Positions 38,660 through 52,590 of a DNA stretch of 64,000 nucleotides are shown here, piece by piece; positions within the stretch are counted from its first letter, which is position 1; each line of letters opens with the position of its first letter. The notes beneath the pieces are model-generated. The model made no database searches, was not told where the DNA came from, and worked only from the letters and a program-made list of their open reading frames with translations. This DNA comes from Camelus ferus. Lineage: Eukaryota. Made by a program: the position numbers and the translations under genes. The stretch spans positions 21,640,001 through 21,704,000 of the forward strand of contig NC_045696.1 in the NCBI RefSeq assembly GCF_009834535.1, written 5' to 3'.

Positions 38660-39418
38660 AAGCTGTCATCTTCGGCATCTCCTTATCCACCCCCCTCTAA
38701 TCAGGAGCACATTTGGTCATGAAAGCTCATCGAATCTACTTGTAAAATAGCAAGTGGACTGAATATGCCCTGTCTCCTCTGCTAGTGCAAGAGTTCCAAC
38801 CCTTAGCAACGTTCACCTTGACCACTGAAACAGTTTCTTAATTGGTCTGCTCCCTTCACTTGAGTCTCCACTTAGTCCCGGAATTGCTTTATGAAACACG
38901 GACTGATCATATCACACATATATGTAAAAATTTTCAATGCCATTGCCTATAGAAAAAAATTTTTTTTGATATGTTACAAAGATTTTTTTAAAAGTCCCCC
39001 AAGATTTGGCACCACATTCCCTACCATAGCTTCAACAAGCATCCTACATACAGATAAGTTAGATGCCTCTATTTTCCATATATTAATGTGCTTCTGAGGC
39101 ATCTCCATGTATACGTCCCACATTCCTCTCTTCCTTGTGCATGTCTTAGCATCCTTCAAAACATAGTTTATATGAAGATGTTTTCAATCCATGCCTCAGA
39201 AGAAAACTAATCCTTGGTGCAGTCCAGTTCTTGGTGTTCCCATATCACTTTTTTTCTATCTCTTTTTTTAAAAAAATGATTAGTTCTGAACCAGTCTCCC
39301 ACTAAACTCCAAGCTCCATGATGATAGCCTCTCCGCCTTCCTCATCTTTTTATCTCTATCCCTTAAAAATCCATGACATAAATGAGCAGAAAATAAACAC
39401 TAGTTAAGTGAATGAACG
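38660..39418 (+). mobile_element. L2 LINE 3' region
   Basis: TGATCATATCAC...CATTGCCTATAG...TCTCCCACTAAACTCCAAGCTCCATGA...GTGAATGAA L2 terminus. Confidence 0.6.
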
Positions 39419-41087
39419 ATCATTAATTGAGATCAAAGGTCCCAAGTGGTGTCACTTGCCAGTGTGGTTTTGAAGTTCACTCTGTAGAGTTAAAAGCAAC
39501 AGATAAAGTCGTGAAGCATCAGAAAGTAAAGTTCCCATGAGAAGCATTAGGACAGACAAAATTATCGTCTTAGTTATATCTGCAAATCTGTTCTTCTAGA
39601 TGCTGAACAATTAGAATTCTATTAACTACTGTTAACATGAGACATAGAGTTTCTAGAATAATGTGCTTTTTTCTCATTTATTTATCAAGCATTAGTGGAA
39701 TACTGTCAACACGATGCCTTTCACGGGGACTCAGTAATTGAGGATTCTCTTGATGAGTGTCTCATATATATCAACAATTATAACATGCATATGAGTTTAT
39801 CCACTGTCATTTTTATCATTTTTTTATTCTCCTAAATGGGAGTATTCAGTCATTTGGGAGTGGCTCTTGTCTTTATCCTGTCCTGTTTTAGATATTAGGT
39901 GCTCCATGATTTCCCCAGTGGTTTATATCCATTTTAATTGTAGCCAATTACAAAAGTCCAGTTTAGTTGTATACATACGCAGCAACCCTGTCTATAATGT
40001 TCCTAATTAAGTATTGGCTTAGCAGATTGATTACAGAAGCACTTTTCTTTTCCCAATTAATTTTATGGGGTATAAAGAGAAATTTCAAAATCAAATATAT
40101 TTTTTCAATCCAGCAGATGGCAGTGCAGTGCTGGTTTTAAGATTAAGAACAATAGCAAAAAATGCTATTGAGCTTAAAGACTTTCCAAAACCTTTACACC
40201 ATCATTGTTATTCTAATCATAGACATAAGTATTCAAATTCTCACATTTCTCAGAAATATAAAAAGATATGTGTTCATCTAGTGGGCATATAAGTATATTT
40301 TTAGAATTGCACCTAAATTTTCCAAGTCAAATTTTAAAGGTAAAATGTGTTTCTTAGTCCATCTTTATATTTAGAAATGAGGAAGCGGAGCAGGTGAAGG
40401 ACAGGACAGGCTGAGAGGTGCAAATTGATCAGATCCTGGACAGAGGATGGCATGGAACCCTTCAGAGCTATGTTTGCATCTTCCCCCCCTCACTAATAAC
40501 TTCTGACCCAAGCAAGGAGATATTGAACAGAAATAGCCATTGGGTTTCTCTTGCTCAGTGCACTGGGGATCTTAAGTGTTTTATTTTACTATAAAATAGC
40601 TTTCTTTGACAAACTTTGGTCTGCAATATGGAAAACCTTGTCTTCAGTCACTATATTTTCAAATAGTAAGTTTTTAAGTAAATGAAGTGGCTTCAAGATA
40701 CTGCAGATGATATGATACACATTTCAATAAATTGCCCGTATAATACGTAACAACCCTAGGAGGTGTAAATACTGGGGGCTAAATGTCCAAACTGTAGTAT
40801 TGATTTATCAGTGTTAAAATCAACAAAGTAAATATCATATTTAACACCTATGAAGAAATATGTATCTTTTTTCAAAATTTAAAATTCTAAATGTTTACAA
40901 ATTAAATCGATTCACTAAATGAAATAAATACTTCTTTTGGGAATTGAAATACATGCTTGTAAGTAAGTGTATATTTACCTAAGTGATGAAAAAGTACATA
41001 ATAAATATCCAAACTTGGTACACATCTCATTAGTTGGAAATTAAATCTACTGTGCAAGAAACTTATAAATTGAATCTTTTTCAAAAG

Positions 41088-41219
41088 GAAACATCTCAAT
41101 AGAGTGTCCACCTGATTCAAGGCCATGTGCTGATGCACTGAAGTGTATAGCAATTGATTTATTTTGTGATGGAGAATTAAACTGTCCAGATGGTTCTGAT
41201 GAAGACCATAAAATTTGTG
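41088..41219 (+). CDS. TMPRSS15: Enteropeptidase exon 7 (LDL-receptor class A domain 1)
   Basis: AAAAG| acceptor, G|GTAAGT donor; (G)NISIECPPDSRPCADALKCIAIDLFCDGELNCPDGSDEDHKIC with 6 Cys and the CDG..NC.DGSDE acidic motif; 132 nt. Confidence 0.97.
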
Positions 41220-41281
41220 GTAAGTAATGACCTTCCCTCCCCTCTCCCCTCTTCCTTTTCATCTTCTTACACTGTGTACAA

Positions 41282-41315
41282 ACACACACACACACATACA
41301 CACACACACACACAC
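41282..41315. repeat. (CA)n microsatellite
   Basis: Directly visible about 60 bp downstream of the LDLa exon donor. Confidence 0.95.
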
Positions 41316-43137
41316 TCACCCCTCAGGTGCCAGAAACTACTGGAGAATGAGCTATCTCCATAGCCATGTTTATAATTTAGTCAAAAATCTAAAAAATAAT
41401 TATATTAAAGTTTTCTAAGCTATATCATATGATATTAAACATATTAATCGATTAAACCAAATTCTATTTGACAACTATAGAAAAAGGCTGTGGTTAACCC
41501 TGTCTGGGGAAGAAAGTGACATTATTTTTCATCTCTTATTAAACTATTACAAACTATTATGAATTTGGACACTTTTTCACCTTCATATCATAATATCTGT
41601 CATTTTATTTTTGCCATTTTAGTAGTCTCTAACTCAGTAATCACCACTCCTTAATTCCAATTGTTGCTTTTATTCACCTTTTGGCCAAGAAACAAAACAC
41701 AGACAAAGAGTGTACCTGAGTTGCAGTTCTGTGAATAAGGAAAATCAGTTATGAATAAGATCTTCATGGCTGATGAATTTTAAAAATCTGTGTTTTCTTT
41801 GTAAATTTTGGCATCTGTTTTGAGTGCTAATAATTTTTTAAAAATCACTGTTATTGTTATTATTAACTAACACTTAAGTAGTGCTTACTATGCACCAAAC
41901 ACCAAACATGGCATATCCATGGCCAATCATCTAGGTGATTTAAACATCTTTAATCTTTGGCTTATTTCTTCGTTTTATAGCTGGGTAATGAAAGATTACC
42001 ACGTAGATTAAGCACAGGTTGGTAAGCAGTATGAGGAACTAATTACATAACTCCAGCCTATAATTTGCTTTTGAAAAATTAAACAGCGGAAATCAATTTT
42101 TTGGTGTGGTTTATGGTCAGTTTAAAAACTGACCACGAGCACTATTAGTTCCTGAAATGTGTAAAGGCTGTAGATACAATTTGCTACACTTGGTCTCCTA
42201 CTATTTGTTACCCTTTGTTCTTGTTGCTTGACGTTAACTGAAGAGGAATGCTCCAATACCAACCAAAGTTGCAAAAATTAACCTCTCCACTTGGTACATA
42301 CTTGAAAAGACAGGCAGTCTGTCCGTTTCTCAAGACCAGCTCAAAAACTGGCATCTTGACCAAAGAGCTTCTAGTAAGCAATCCCAATTCAAATGTTCTT
42401 GGATAAAATTCAGACTTCAAAGTTTAACCACACACTTTGAAGTGCACTCAGAGCATATTGGAAGAAAGTGCAGGCTACAGAATTTTTTTAATCTATTTTA
42501 TATAACCAAGTTACTCAAAGAAGAAGAAAGCAATATCTATTTTTTTTTTTTGGTTTTTTTTTTTTGCTACGGTTTTTAGGTGGTTTTCAAAACCTTGTCA
42601 GAGAGTATCTGAAACAAGTGTGCCATCGTGAGGTAATAAAGGCGATATTGATTTATATTTCAAAAATAATATGTATCAAAGTGAGACATGGACTTTCAAG
42701 CCTGTGTAATGATGATCGGTAACTTTAAATGGGGGAAAATATATAAGATGAATTAAATAATAAGAAAATGAACCACACCTATTATTTGCTCACCACTGTC
42801 ACAGAGTTTATCATTTTTAAAATAAATTAGTATCCATGCATATCAAAAAATAACCATAGAAATATTCAATGATAAGTTATAAGTTATCCTAAAATAAGTT
42901 ATAAGGCCATGAATTCTTCTTCTGAGTCACTATAAACTCATGACACGAACCTCAGTATCAGAACTAAATCCTCTAAATTTGCCTAAAGACACAATCACAC
43001 TGCATTATTATTTTTCAATATCATGAAGGATTTGTGTTAAATGAACTTTAGTGTCAATTCACTGTCCATGTCACTTTCTTAAACCTCTAGATCCTCATGT
43101 TCCATTTTTCTTGATTCTTTTCATTATTTGTATCTTA

Positions 43138-43556
43138 CTTATTTATTTTATTTTTTATTGAAGTATAGTTGGTTTACAGTGTCGTGCTAGTTTCCAGAGT
43201 TTAGCATAGTGATTCAGTTATACATATATATATGTATATATTCTTTTTCATTATAGGTTCCTATGAGATACTGAATATAGTTCCCTGTTCTACACAGTAG
43301 GATCTTGTTATCTGTTTTATATATCATAGTTTGTATCTGCTAATCCCAAACTATCTCAAACTCCTAATTTATCCCTCCCCCGCGTTCCCCTTTGGTACGG
43401 CTGAATTTGTTTTCTACGTTTGTGAGTCACTTTCTGTTTTGTAACAAGTTCATTTATATCATTTTTTTTTAGATTCCACATATAAATGATACAATGTGAC
43501 ATTTGTCTTTCTCTGTCTGATTTACTTCCTTTAATATGATAAACTCTAGGTCCATC
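43138..43556 (-). mobile_element. Artiodactyl-type L1 3' end, 5'-truncated, with TSD
   Basis: TTTTATTGAAGTATAGTTGGTTTACAGTG...TTAGATTCCACATATAA...CTCTAGGTCCATCC; 16-bp TSD CATTATTTGTAT(C/T)TTA at 43122-43137 and 43557-43572. Confidence 0.88.
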
Positions 43557-46500
43557 CATTATTTGTATTTTAAAGTTAGCATTATACCTAGCTTTGAAAA
43601 GGAATTTAAAGCCTTTGTGGAATAAGGAAGTGGACAAATCAGTCAATTACTTTACCTTTATCTGTCTAGGATTTTCAGGCATGTAAGTTGTTTCATTCAT
43701 TACTTAATCATTAATGGTGATGAGTTCTTCACCTAAGCACCACCTTGAACTCCTAGTAGTGTAATTTCTACACGGAAGCCCTTGTCCATCAACCTGCATT
43801 CACCACAAAATCATTTTAAGAGAATTCTCTTTATGAAATTGACCTTTGTTCTCTTTTTTCTCTTTTGTACCCTCCAGCTGTGAGCTCTAATTCTAATTTG
43901 TGTTATTAATAGAGTCTTATTAATGTTGACTTCCTCACGCAGCTTCCTTTACTAGTCTTTAGAGATTTAGGTTTGCACAACTTATAGCTGACTATAGTAG
44001 AATCAAGATTTCTTTAAATTGTTTTCCTTCTGATGTGAATTGCATCAGCAGGAAAGAAAGTTCACTTTTTAGCTGACCTGTGAGAAGAAGAGATGCTGAC
44101 TCACAGCTTTTAGGCCAGCGCTCAGGCCTATTTGGAAGTTGGCAAGTGTCCTCACTGATTGTTTGCATGTCTCACATGTATGTGCCCAGAGGACCTGGGT
44201 GAATGAGCATAGATCGTGTTCGATTTCCGTGTCCTTTAGAGTTCAGTGCCCTGAGCAGACAACTAGTAAACATTGAGCCAGCAGAGGGCGCTCTCAGCGG
44301 GTCCTAAGATCATACCCTTAGGAATCCCATCCCACTGCAGGCAGCATTTCAGATAGAGCAATAGAATACCTGGTATTATTTGACAGGCTCATTTATCTCT
44401 CACGCAAAAATTTTTTTTCTGATGCTTCGTGGAATAGCACTTTGTAGTCTAAAAAATTATGATCCTGAACATTCAGTAATCTTATTCAGCTGCTGATGAA
44501 ATATTTGTTTTTCCAGAAGTCTATCCTGCTTATCTAATATAAAATTAGATTCTCCAAAAACATCCTGAAATTAAAGGAAAGAATTTAAGAGAAAGTCCCT
44601 AGCACAAGTCTGCATCTTGAAATGATAATAATTTGGCATTCTGAATTGTGTTATTGTAACTAGTTCAACACTCTTGTAATTTTATTGTGGATATCTTCAA
44701 GAATATTCTTCTTACTCTTTATTCACATGCAGGATTCCCAGAGGCCCTTTAGAGCAGAACTTGACCTATAGGTGACCCACTTTCACTAAAACTCAGCAAT
44801 TTCATGGAAAACTGAACAGGCAAATTGATCATATTCTTTAGGGCAGATTAAATATTATGATAAACAGTCTTACCAATGTAAGATGATTACAGGTCATTTA
44901 TCACTTACATCACAGTCCAAAAAAGATGGCAAGAGGCTGTGCTCTGTAGGCATTCAGGATGCCAGTTCCACCACCATATTGACAGACAATAGAAGAATGT
45001 CATAGATCTTCTTTGGAAATCACATCTGCAAATAAACTCAATTACTTCTACATTTTATTAACCAGAATCAGTCATATGACCCATTTTGGAAAGTGCAGTC
45101 TAGTCACATGTCTAGAAGGGGACTGAAAAAGGGTACAGCAAACATACAACAACCTCAGCCATCAGGGACATAACTCAGCTTTCTGGAAAATTATGAATCC
45201 TGTCGTGCAGCAGAAAGCTGTTGATACTTTTCCCCAAAATATGTAATGAATGGATGTGAAGAATTCCTGAAATGCTACCAGCTTTGCGTATAAGTTTCTC
45301 ACTGGGTTCCTAAGTATCAGAGTTTAAATATAAACTATTTACAATAGTAGTGGACTTCCTTGCACTGCTTATAGTCTTGGAGTCAACACGTTTCTTGACA
45401 AACTATGCTTAAAAGTCTCCATATATCACTTAAAATACACCCAGACACCATTTTCGTTTTTATGGTCATTGAAACTAAGGAATTAATTGTCCCATTTATT
45501 TGGCATGGTTTGTGATGGGCAGATAGGTGAGAATGAAGGACAAAATTTTTTTACAACTAGAAAATGATTTATCTCTGAATTAATAAAGTCACGTGTTTTA
45601 CTGTTTAATCTTCAAATCATACAAATTAGCCTTAATTGTCCTTTTTACTCCAGTAAGTATTACACAAAAAGTGATGCAGTTCTCTCAACAAGCCATAATA
45701 TTTTCTCTTTCATTTCTTGAAGTCTGTGAGATTGGGTTATTATCTTTTTTGTTCTTAATTTGTTCTTTTTTTCCTTTTTTTTTTTTTTCTCCTGCTGGGA
45801 ATTGGGCTATCATAATCCAATATAATTACTTCCTAGGCCATTATTTTTAAACAGACTTTGAATCGTAAAATTTATTTAACTTTTTTTCATTCCTTTACCA
45901 TTTGTGTCTTTAAAAAGTATATAGCAAAAAGCCAACCAATATGTGAGATTTATAGCAAGATTTCTATGTGCTGTTCAATTTCTTCCTTTTGTTCATAAAA
46001 ATGTTTGATGTCATATAATAGCTTGTATTTTATAACTTGACAGAATAACTGTGTAACATTACAATGGGCTTTTCCATTTACCAATTTAGGATTAGTTTAA
46101 TCTAGAACTCAGATTCCAGGAGCAACAATTTAATTTTGGTAACTTTCTTTGATTTCCTGGCCCTCCATCAAGTCTGGCATATGAGGAATTAACAATGTAC
46201 CAAAAAAAAGCACACATTCCAAGAGTCATTCAACATAGGATATCAACAGAACTAAGTATACAGAAAATAACCTAAGAAAAGCTAAAAATTGTGAAGATTA
46301 AATAAATTTTATTTTTAACACAGACTATACATAGGAAGTATAAAATAAAAAGCTACAAGTTATGACTCCTGGTTCATGCTTTCAAGATGATTTTAATATG
46401 GTTGGAAATGACTCAGACATAAATTAAGACAACTAATAATGAATTGCATGACATTAAAGAGAGGTACGTGAAATAAATGTTCTGCAAGAATTAAAAGAAG

Positions 46501-47121
46501 AAAATAAGTTGTCTTGACGAGGAAAAACACATATACTGGAATACTGAATGAAAATATTAAGCTAGATTGTGATTGCATACAAAAGGAGAAAAAGTGATGA
46601 AATTTGATAAAAGTTGTGTCCAGAAGACTGAATGGAAGACTCTCTCCAGGCCACTTGTACCATGTGTATCATTTTCCTGGCCATGTTCTGACCATATTTT
46701 CACAGAGACGTGTCGCTTGGTGCATGTGGTTGAAATTCACCCTAGCTCTAATTTCATGGGGAAAAGAAAACAAAACATAGTTGTTTGTTTAAATTGGAAG
46801 TTTACAATTCAGATATATTTGTTTTCTTACAATTATGGAAGAATATACTAAAAATGCAACTTAGCTACGGGCATTTAGAAACAGAATGCTTTTCTAAAGT
46901 CCTCTATAATGGAATATGTAAGAATATATGAAAATAGCTAATAGATTTAAAGCTTTAAATTTGATCTACTTCCATTTGATTATTTTGTTTTTGAGAAATA
47001 GCTTTATACAGATTTAGTCGCATGTTCTATAAAGGTTCGTTAGCCAGTTTGAATCGCCTTTCATTTGAGAAATCCTTCGAAGATCGTTTTTTGTCTGACA
47101 TTAGTCGCCATTTTTTCACAG

Positions 47122-47230
47122 CCACAGCTTGTGACGGAAAGTTTTTGTTGACTGGATCTGCTGGGTCCTTCGATGCTGCCCATTATCCAAAGCCCTCTCA
47201 ATCAAGTATTATTTGCCGGTGGATTATACG
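47122..47230 (+). CDS. TMPRSS15: Enteropeptidase exon 8 (CUB-1, part 1)
   Basis: TTTTTTCACAG| acceptor, CG|GTAATA donor; (A)TACDGKFLLTGSAGSFDAAHYPKPSQSSIICRWII(R); 109 nt; overlaps ORF 47022..47234. Confidence 0.96.
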
Positions 47231-47994
47231 GTAATATACCATCTTCTATTCCATATTCTTAAGTCATAAAGTCTTCCTGTGATACAGTAAGTTTACCATC
47301 CTTAGTAATGTGTTTACTTTTTGGACACTTGTTTTCAGTAACTATTTAAATGTGACGCAAAACCTTTCCAACTGGTAACCTATCCAAGAAGTTTCTCTCT
47401 CATTCTTAACCTTTTAAAAAGGAATTTTGCTTTCTAGAAGATAAATGGGGCCATCTCATTGGACTCCATAGCAGTTTTTCCCCTATGGTTGGCGTAAGTC
47501 AGATGCTCCCAAAATGAAGAGCACACATGTATTTCTGTGTATCACAAGAAACTGTATTTCACTCAGCTGCATCCTGGCGACAGGATAGTTCCTTTCTCAC
47601 TCAGCTTGCATCTGGATGAAAATCTGCTATGGTGTGATTTGGTCATGGCAGATCCAGAGCTGGGACACTGCCTGTACTCATCTCGTTTGCTGGATCTTGA
47701 GTAACAGTTCAATTACTATACATTTGACCTCCAAGTCTAAATTCAACTGAGTAATCCAATCATTATGATGATCAAAATAGTCAAATGCTGATGGCTGATC
47801 TACCTTAATATTTGCCTAAACATTTTTCATAGAGTAGTACTTGATGTTTCTCTGAGATATTCCAAAGGAAAGATTATTTGTACTCAATTTAATATAAGGA
47901 ACATTGGAATAAACTCATTATAACTTTTAAAAAGTATAAGACTTTTCATAGCCTTAAATAAGCCAAGATGTAAGTAAATCTCCTGAAAAATATA

Positions 47995-48176
47995 CAGTTG
48001 ACCCTTGAACAACAGGAGGGTGAGGGTGCCAACACCCCATGCAGTTAAAATCCATGCTTAACATTGAACACTACAGTTGGCCCTCTGTTCTAGGTTTGGA
48101 TAATGCATTTATTGAAAAAAATCCATGTATAAGCGGACCCACACATTTCAAGCCAGTACTGTCCAAGAGTAAACTG
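47995..48176. mobile_element. Tigger2-derived MITE (MER8-like)
   Basis: TA|CAGTTGACCCTTGAACAACA ... GTCCAAGAGTAAACTG|TA terminal inverted repeats with TA TSD. Confidence 0.85.
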
Positions 48177-49519
48177 TATGTATGTGTGTATATATTTCCT
48201 ATTAAGCCACTGAACATTTCCCCCACAGAGCGTTCAGCACAAGTGCTCTGTGGAATTCGCTTTGAGAAATGCGTTCTAGTTAGTTCATTTCTCTTAACAG
48301 CTGGATGGGATTATGGTTTCCCAATCTGACCTACTGTGTAATTATTTTAATGATTGTGATGACTCACTAGAAAACAGGGAATCAATATAACAGCTAATTA
48401 AAGGAGGTGAAACGACAGAGCCTCGGGTTCTTGCCAAAGAAATGATAGGAAACGGCCCCATGAAGATTCACAGGGGTTGTTTCCCTGTGTAGATATAGTC
48501 CAGAGATGAGATGAGGTATGAAGGGACGATTGTTCTAAACACATTTACTTGGCCTTGTTCAGGGAAAGAAGGACATCCTGTTCAGTTTAAACAATCTCTG
48601 TCTGGGAGTTCAGCCCCGTGTAAGTTATGTGATATAAATAGGAACACAATTTCCTCTGTTTTCAGGCTCTAAAAACATGTTACTTGTGTGCTGAAGATAA
48701 GATTTTGTATTAAAAATGGCAATTTTAAGTAATTCCTGCCAAGTGAAGAATTAACAATTTAGAGGATATCATTTCAAATATAGTCACATCATATTTAAAA
48801 AGAAGGGTTTAAAAATGGCTATTATCATTGTTCATGAATAAAATGAAAAATATTCTGTTCTTTACCTAAAATGTCAGCAGAAAATGTTAGAAAAATCTTC
48901 AGTTACTTCCTTTGAACATGGAAAGAACATAACTTCTAATTAATCTACATTCCTAAGTGCACAATGATTTCTTCACACAATCTTTGGAGTTTTATTAATA
49001 CCGAATAATAATAACTTAATTGTCAAATCCACTTCTTAACAAAGCTACGTCAAATCTACACGGAAGTTGTATTAGCAAGCAGAATAAATTTTTGCTATAA
49101 TAGTAACATCTTTTAGGTAATAATCACACTATGTTAATTAGGGATTTACACAGTTTTATTCTTTTTACTTCCTTTTTCATTACTTAACTTTTAAAGCTAT
49201 TTTAAGAAATATACCATTAATCTAGGGATGTTTTTAAAACCCATAGAATCTAAAATATCACCCTAAATAAATACTATACTTCATGATAGAATTATGATTT
49301 AACTAATTATGTAAATGATCTAAGTATCTTTTCTTCTTAAGACTGATCACTATATTAGAACTGCATTGTACCTGACAGTTTGTTTTTCCAAACTGTGATC
49401 AAAGTAGAGCAAAGACAGTGATGTTTCCTACAAGCTTGGGAGTTGAAGAAACTAGCAGAGAAAGGGTTAAGATGCAATTAAACTATATTTTTGAATTACA
49501 TTAAGACCACAAGTAGCGG

Positions 49520-49745
49520 AGTGTCAGTAACTAAGAATGTGAGCCCTGGAGACAGTCTCTGTGCATTCAGATTTGGCTTCTTTAGATTCAAGATGTGTGA
49601 TCTCGGGTAAATGACTCAATCTCTTAGATACACAATTTCTGTATCTATAGAGTTCAACATCTCTTAACTACAGGGGCCAAGATCATGATTAAATGTAATA
49701 ATAAATGTAAAACACTTAGCACTATATTAAGTGCTCCATTAAAGT
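49520..49745 (+). mobile_element. MIR SINE
   Basis: TGTGTGATCTCGGGTAAATGACTCAATCTCT...ATTAAATG...AAATGTAAAACACTTAGCAC. Confidence 0.7.
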
Positions 49746-51196
49746 GGGCTTTAAAAAAAGTAACTATTGATACAAAAATGTAAAATATATGTTACATTTA
49801 GAAAAGTATCCTTTCCCCTCAAAAATTCAGAAGGCAACCATGTCTAATATTATAAAAACATCAGATACAATATTCACTCATTAATCTCACCTTTGTAAAT
49901 GCCTGTGTTTTATTGCAAGTAAAGATGGTCTTTCTGAATCAGAAGAAAAGTAGAAAACAGTATGCACTTGTTTCTCTCTTCTACCTTCAATTGTCTGTTT
50001 TGAAAAAGTAAAGGGCCTCTGAACACATAGGTTCCTAGTGAGTTTCTCTTGCATGCCTTAGTTTCATAGCTTGAAAACATCATTTAAAAAAAAAAAAAAA
50101 CACCTAACTATATTCTTGCCTGGAGACACCAAAACTTTCATCAAAAGAACAGAAATCATCCCTGAAGGCTGCTTATTTCTTCTTCTTCTTCAGTCTTCTC
50201 CACCTTTGATGCTGGATTCCCTTAAGGTCTCACTAGCAGGTCTCACTTTCGTCATCGTTAAAGAGACCCAACAGAGGCGGAATTTTTATAATCAGCTGTC
50301 ACCATCTGCTGTGCTCTCCTCCTCTCGGTCTGGGCTGGAAGGACCTCCTGCCCCCTCACACTGATCTCCTTCCAGCCCTGTCTTCCTCCTGTGGTTTACC
50401 TGTCTTCCTCCAGTGGCCCTCAAGCCTGATAGCACATCACAGTCACTCCTGAAGTATTTAAAAATATACATCCCCAAATCCACTCCAGAACTGCTGAATC
50501 TGATATCCAGGATCGAGGTCCACATGTAATAACTCACTATTGTTCTAAAATCACCTCCGTAGCACCAAAAACTGGTCAGATCCAAAAACCTGAGTTTCTG
50601 TCTAGATGTTTTTAATGCTGTCCTGCTAGTCATTGACATGTCAGTGCTGTCAGCCTCACTCCTAGAGGACTGAACTCCAGCCCCACACCAGGAACCTAAT
50701 ACAGGGCTTGCCAAGCCAGAGGTCTTGCCCCACATGGACATTTCCCAGCAATGAAACGTAGGGTTTCAAAACTAACTACATTTGTGATGAATGTTCCCAA
50801 TTCCCCAACTGATCAAGGTACTACTGATAATTTACCAAAATTCCTAGCTTGCAATGCCCCTGGCCAGGAGCCCTTATTCAATCAGCAGCCTCCACAGCCA
50901 GCCTCTGAAGCCAAGTATCTTCTCAGTCTCCTTCTTGGCTTTGGAGATGAGATCTCTCTCTCTATTATCAGCCCTTTCAACCTCCAGCCGTCTTTAACAT
51001 TATCATCACCCCTGCTCTGCTTTATTGTTCAGCCTTCCTCCTTTCTGAGGAGTTCAGGGGAACATTGTACTTCCGAAGCACTCAAGAATTATTCACATTC
51101 CTAACCTACACTTCAGTGAAACAGTGGAATTATAAATAGGTGTTGTCCTAAACACCTTTTCCCCAAACTGAATATCTGAAAATTAAAATATGAACT

Positions 51197-52406
51197 AGAT
51201 ATTCAGATGCAGAATAAAATTGGACCCTTGTCCTACACCATACACAGAAATCAACTCAAAAAGAATTCAAAGCTTAAACATAAGACCTGAAATTGTAAAA
51301 ATCCTAGAAGAAAACACTGGGCGAAAGCTTCTTAACGTTGATCTTCATAATGACTTCCTCGATTTGGAAACAAAAGCACAAGCAACAAAAGGAAAAATCA
51401 GCAAGTAGCAGGACATCTCATTAAAACCCTTCTTCACAGCAAAGGAAACAATAGAATGGAAAGGCAACCTATGGAATAGAAGAAAATATTTGCAAACCAT
51501 ATATCTTATAAAAGGTTAATGTCCAAAATATGTAAGAAACGCCTACAAAACTCAATAGCAAAGTACAACAAATAACCCAATTACAAAGTGAGCCAAGGAC
51601 TCAAATAGATATTCCTCAAAAAAAGGCATACAAATGGCCAACAGGCATATGAAAAAGTGCTCAATATCAATAATTAGCAGAAAAATGCAAATCAAAATCG
51701 CAATAGCCATTATCAAAAAAACAAAACGTTATAAATGTTGGCCAGGATGTGGAGAAATTGGAACCCTTGTGTGCTGTTGGTTGAAAAGCAAAATGATGTA
51801 ATTACTATGGAAAGCAGTATGAAGGCTCCCTAAAAAGCTAAAAATAGATCTACCACATGATGTAGCAATCCCGTATTTGGGTATTTATCCAAAAGAATTG
51901 AAATCAGGATCTCTAAAAGATAAACACTCCTATGTTCACTGCAGCATTATTCACAATAGCCAAGAGGTGGAAACAACCTAAACGCCCGTTGACAGATGAA
52001 TGGATAAACGAAACATGGTCTATACATACAATGGAATATTATTCAGTCATTAGAGGAAGGAAATCCTGTCATACGTGACAACATGATTGCACCTTGAGGA
52101 CGTTATGCTAAGTGAAATAAGCCAGTCACAGAAGGACAAATACTGCATGATTTCATAAATATGAAATGTCTGAAGTGTTCAAACTCATAGAGACAGAAAG
52201 TAGCATGGTGGTTGCCAGGGGCTGGGAGAGAAAAAAATGAGAGTTACTGTTCAATGGATACAGAATTTATCCATACAAATTGGAAAAGTTCTAGAGACCT
52301 GCCATAGAATATTGTGCTTATTGTGTCAAAAATAATGTTCCATATGTTTAAAAATGTATTGAATGTCTATTTCATGTTAAGTGTTTTTTATCACAATTAG
52401 AAAAAT
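51197..52406 (+). mobile_element. L1MA-type LINE (ORF2 3' part plus 3' UTR)
   Basis: Degenerate ORF2 C-terminal sequence (ORF 51220: DPCPTPYTEINSKRIQSLNIRPEIVKILEENTG), then GCAGCATTATTCACAATAGCCAAG, TATGCTAAGTGAAATAAGCCAGTCACAGAAGGACAAATAC and terminal TCACAATTAGAAAAA. Confidence 0.9.
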
Positions 52407-52483
52407 ACATCCAAATTCAAGAATACCAACTGTTGTACCAACTGTTAAGAGTGTAATCATCTATTTTTTTGCTTTTAATTCAG

Positions 52484-52590
52484 AGTAAAACAAGGACTTT
52501 CCATTAAATTGAGCTTCGATTATTTTAATACATATTATACAGATGTATTAAATATTTATGAAGGTGTGGGTTCAAGCAAGATTTTAAGAG
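52484..52590 (+). CDS. TMPRSS15: Enteropeptidase exon 9 (CUB-1, part 2)
   Basis: TTCAG| acceptor, G|GTAAGT donor; (R)VKQGLSIKLSFDYFNTYYTDVLNIYEGVGSSKILR; 107 nt. Confidence 0.96.

Noticed and set aside
50292..50741. 149-aa antisense ORF
   Set aside because: Overlaps degenerate L2/MER5-like sequence in a locally GC-richer patch; no protein family signature.
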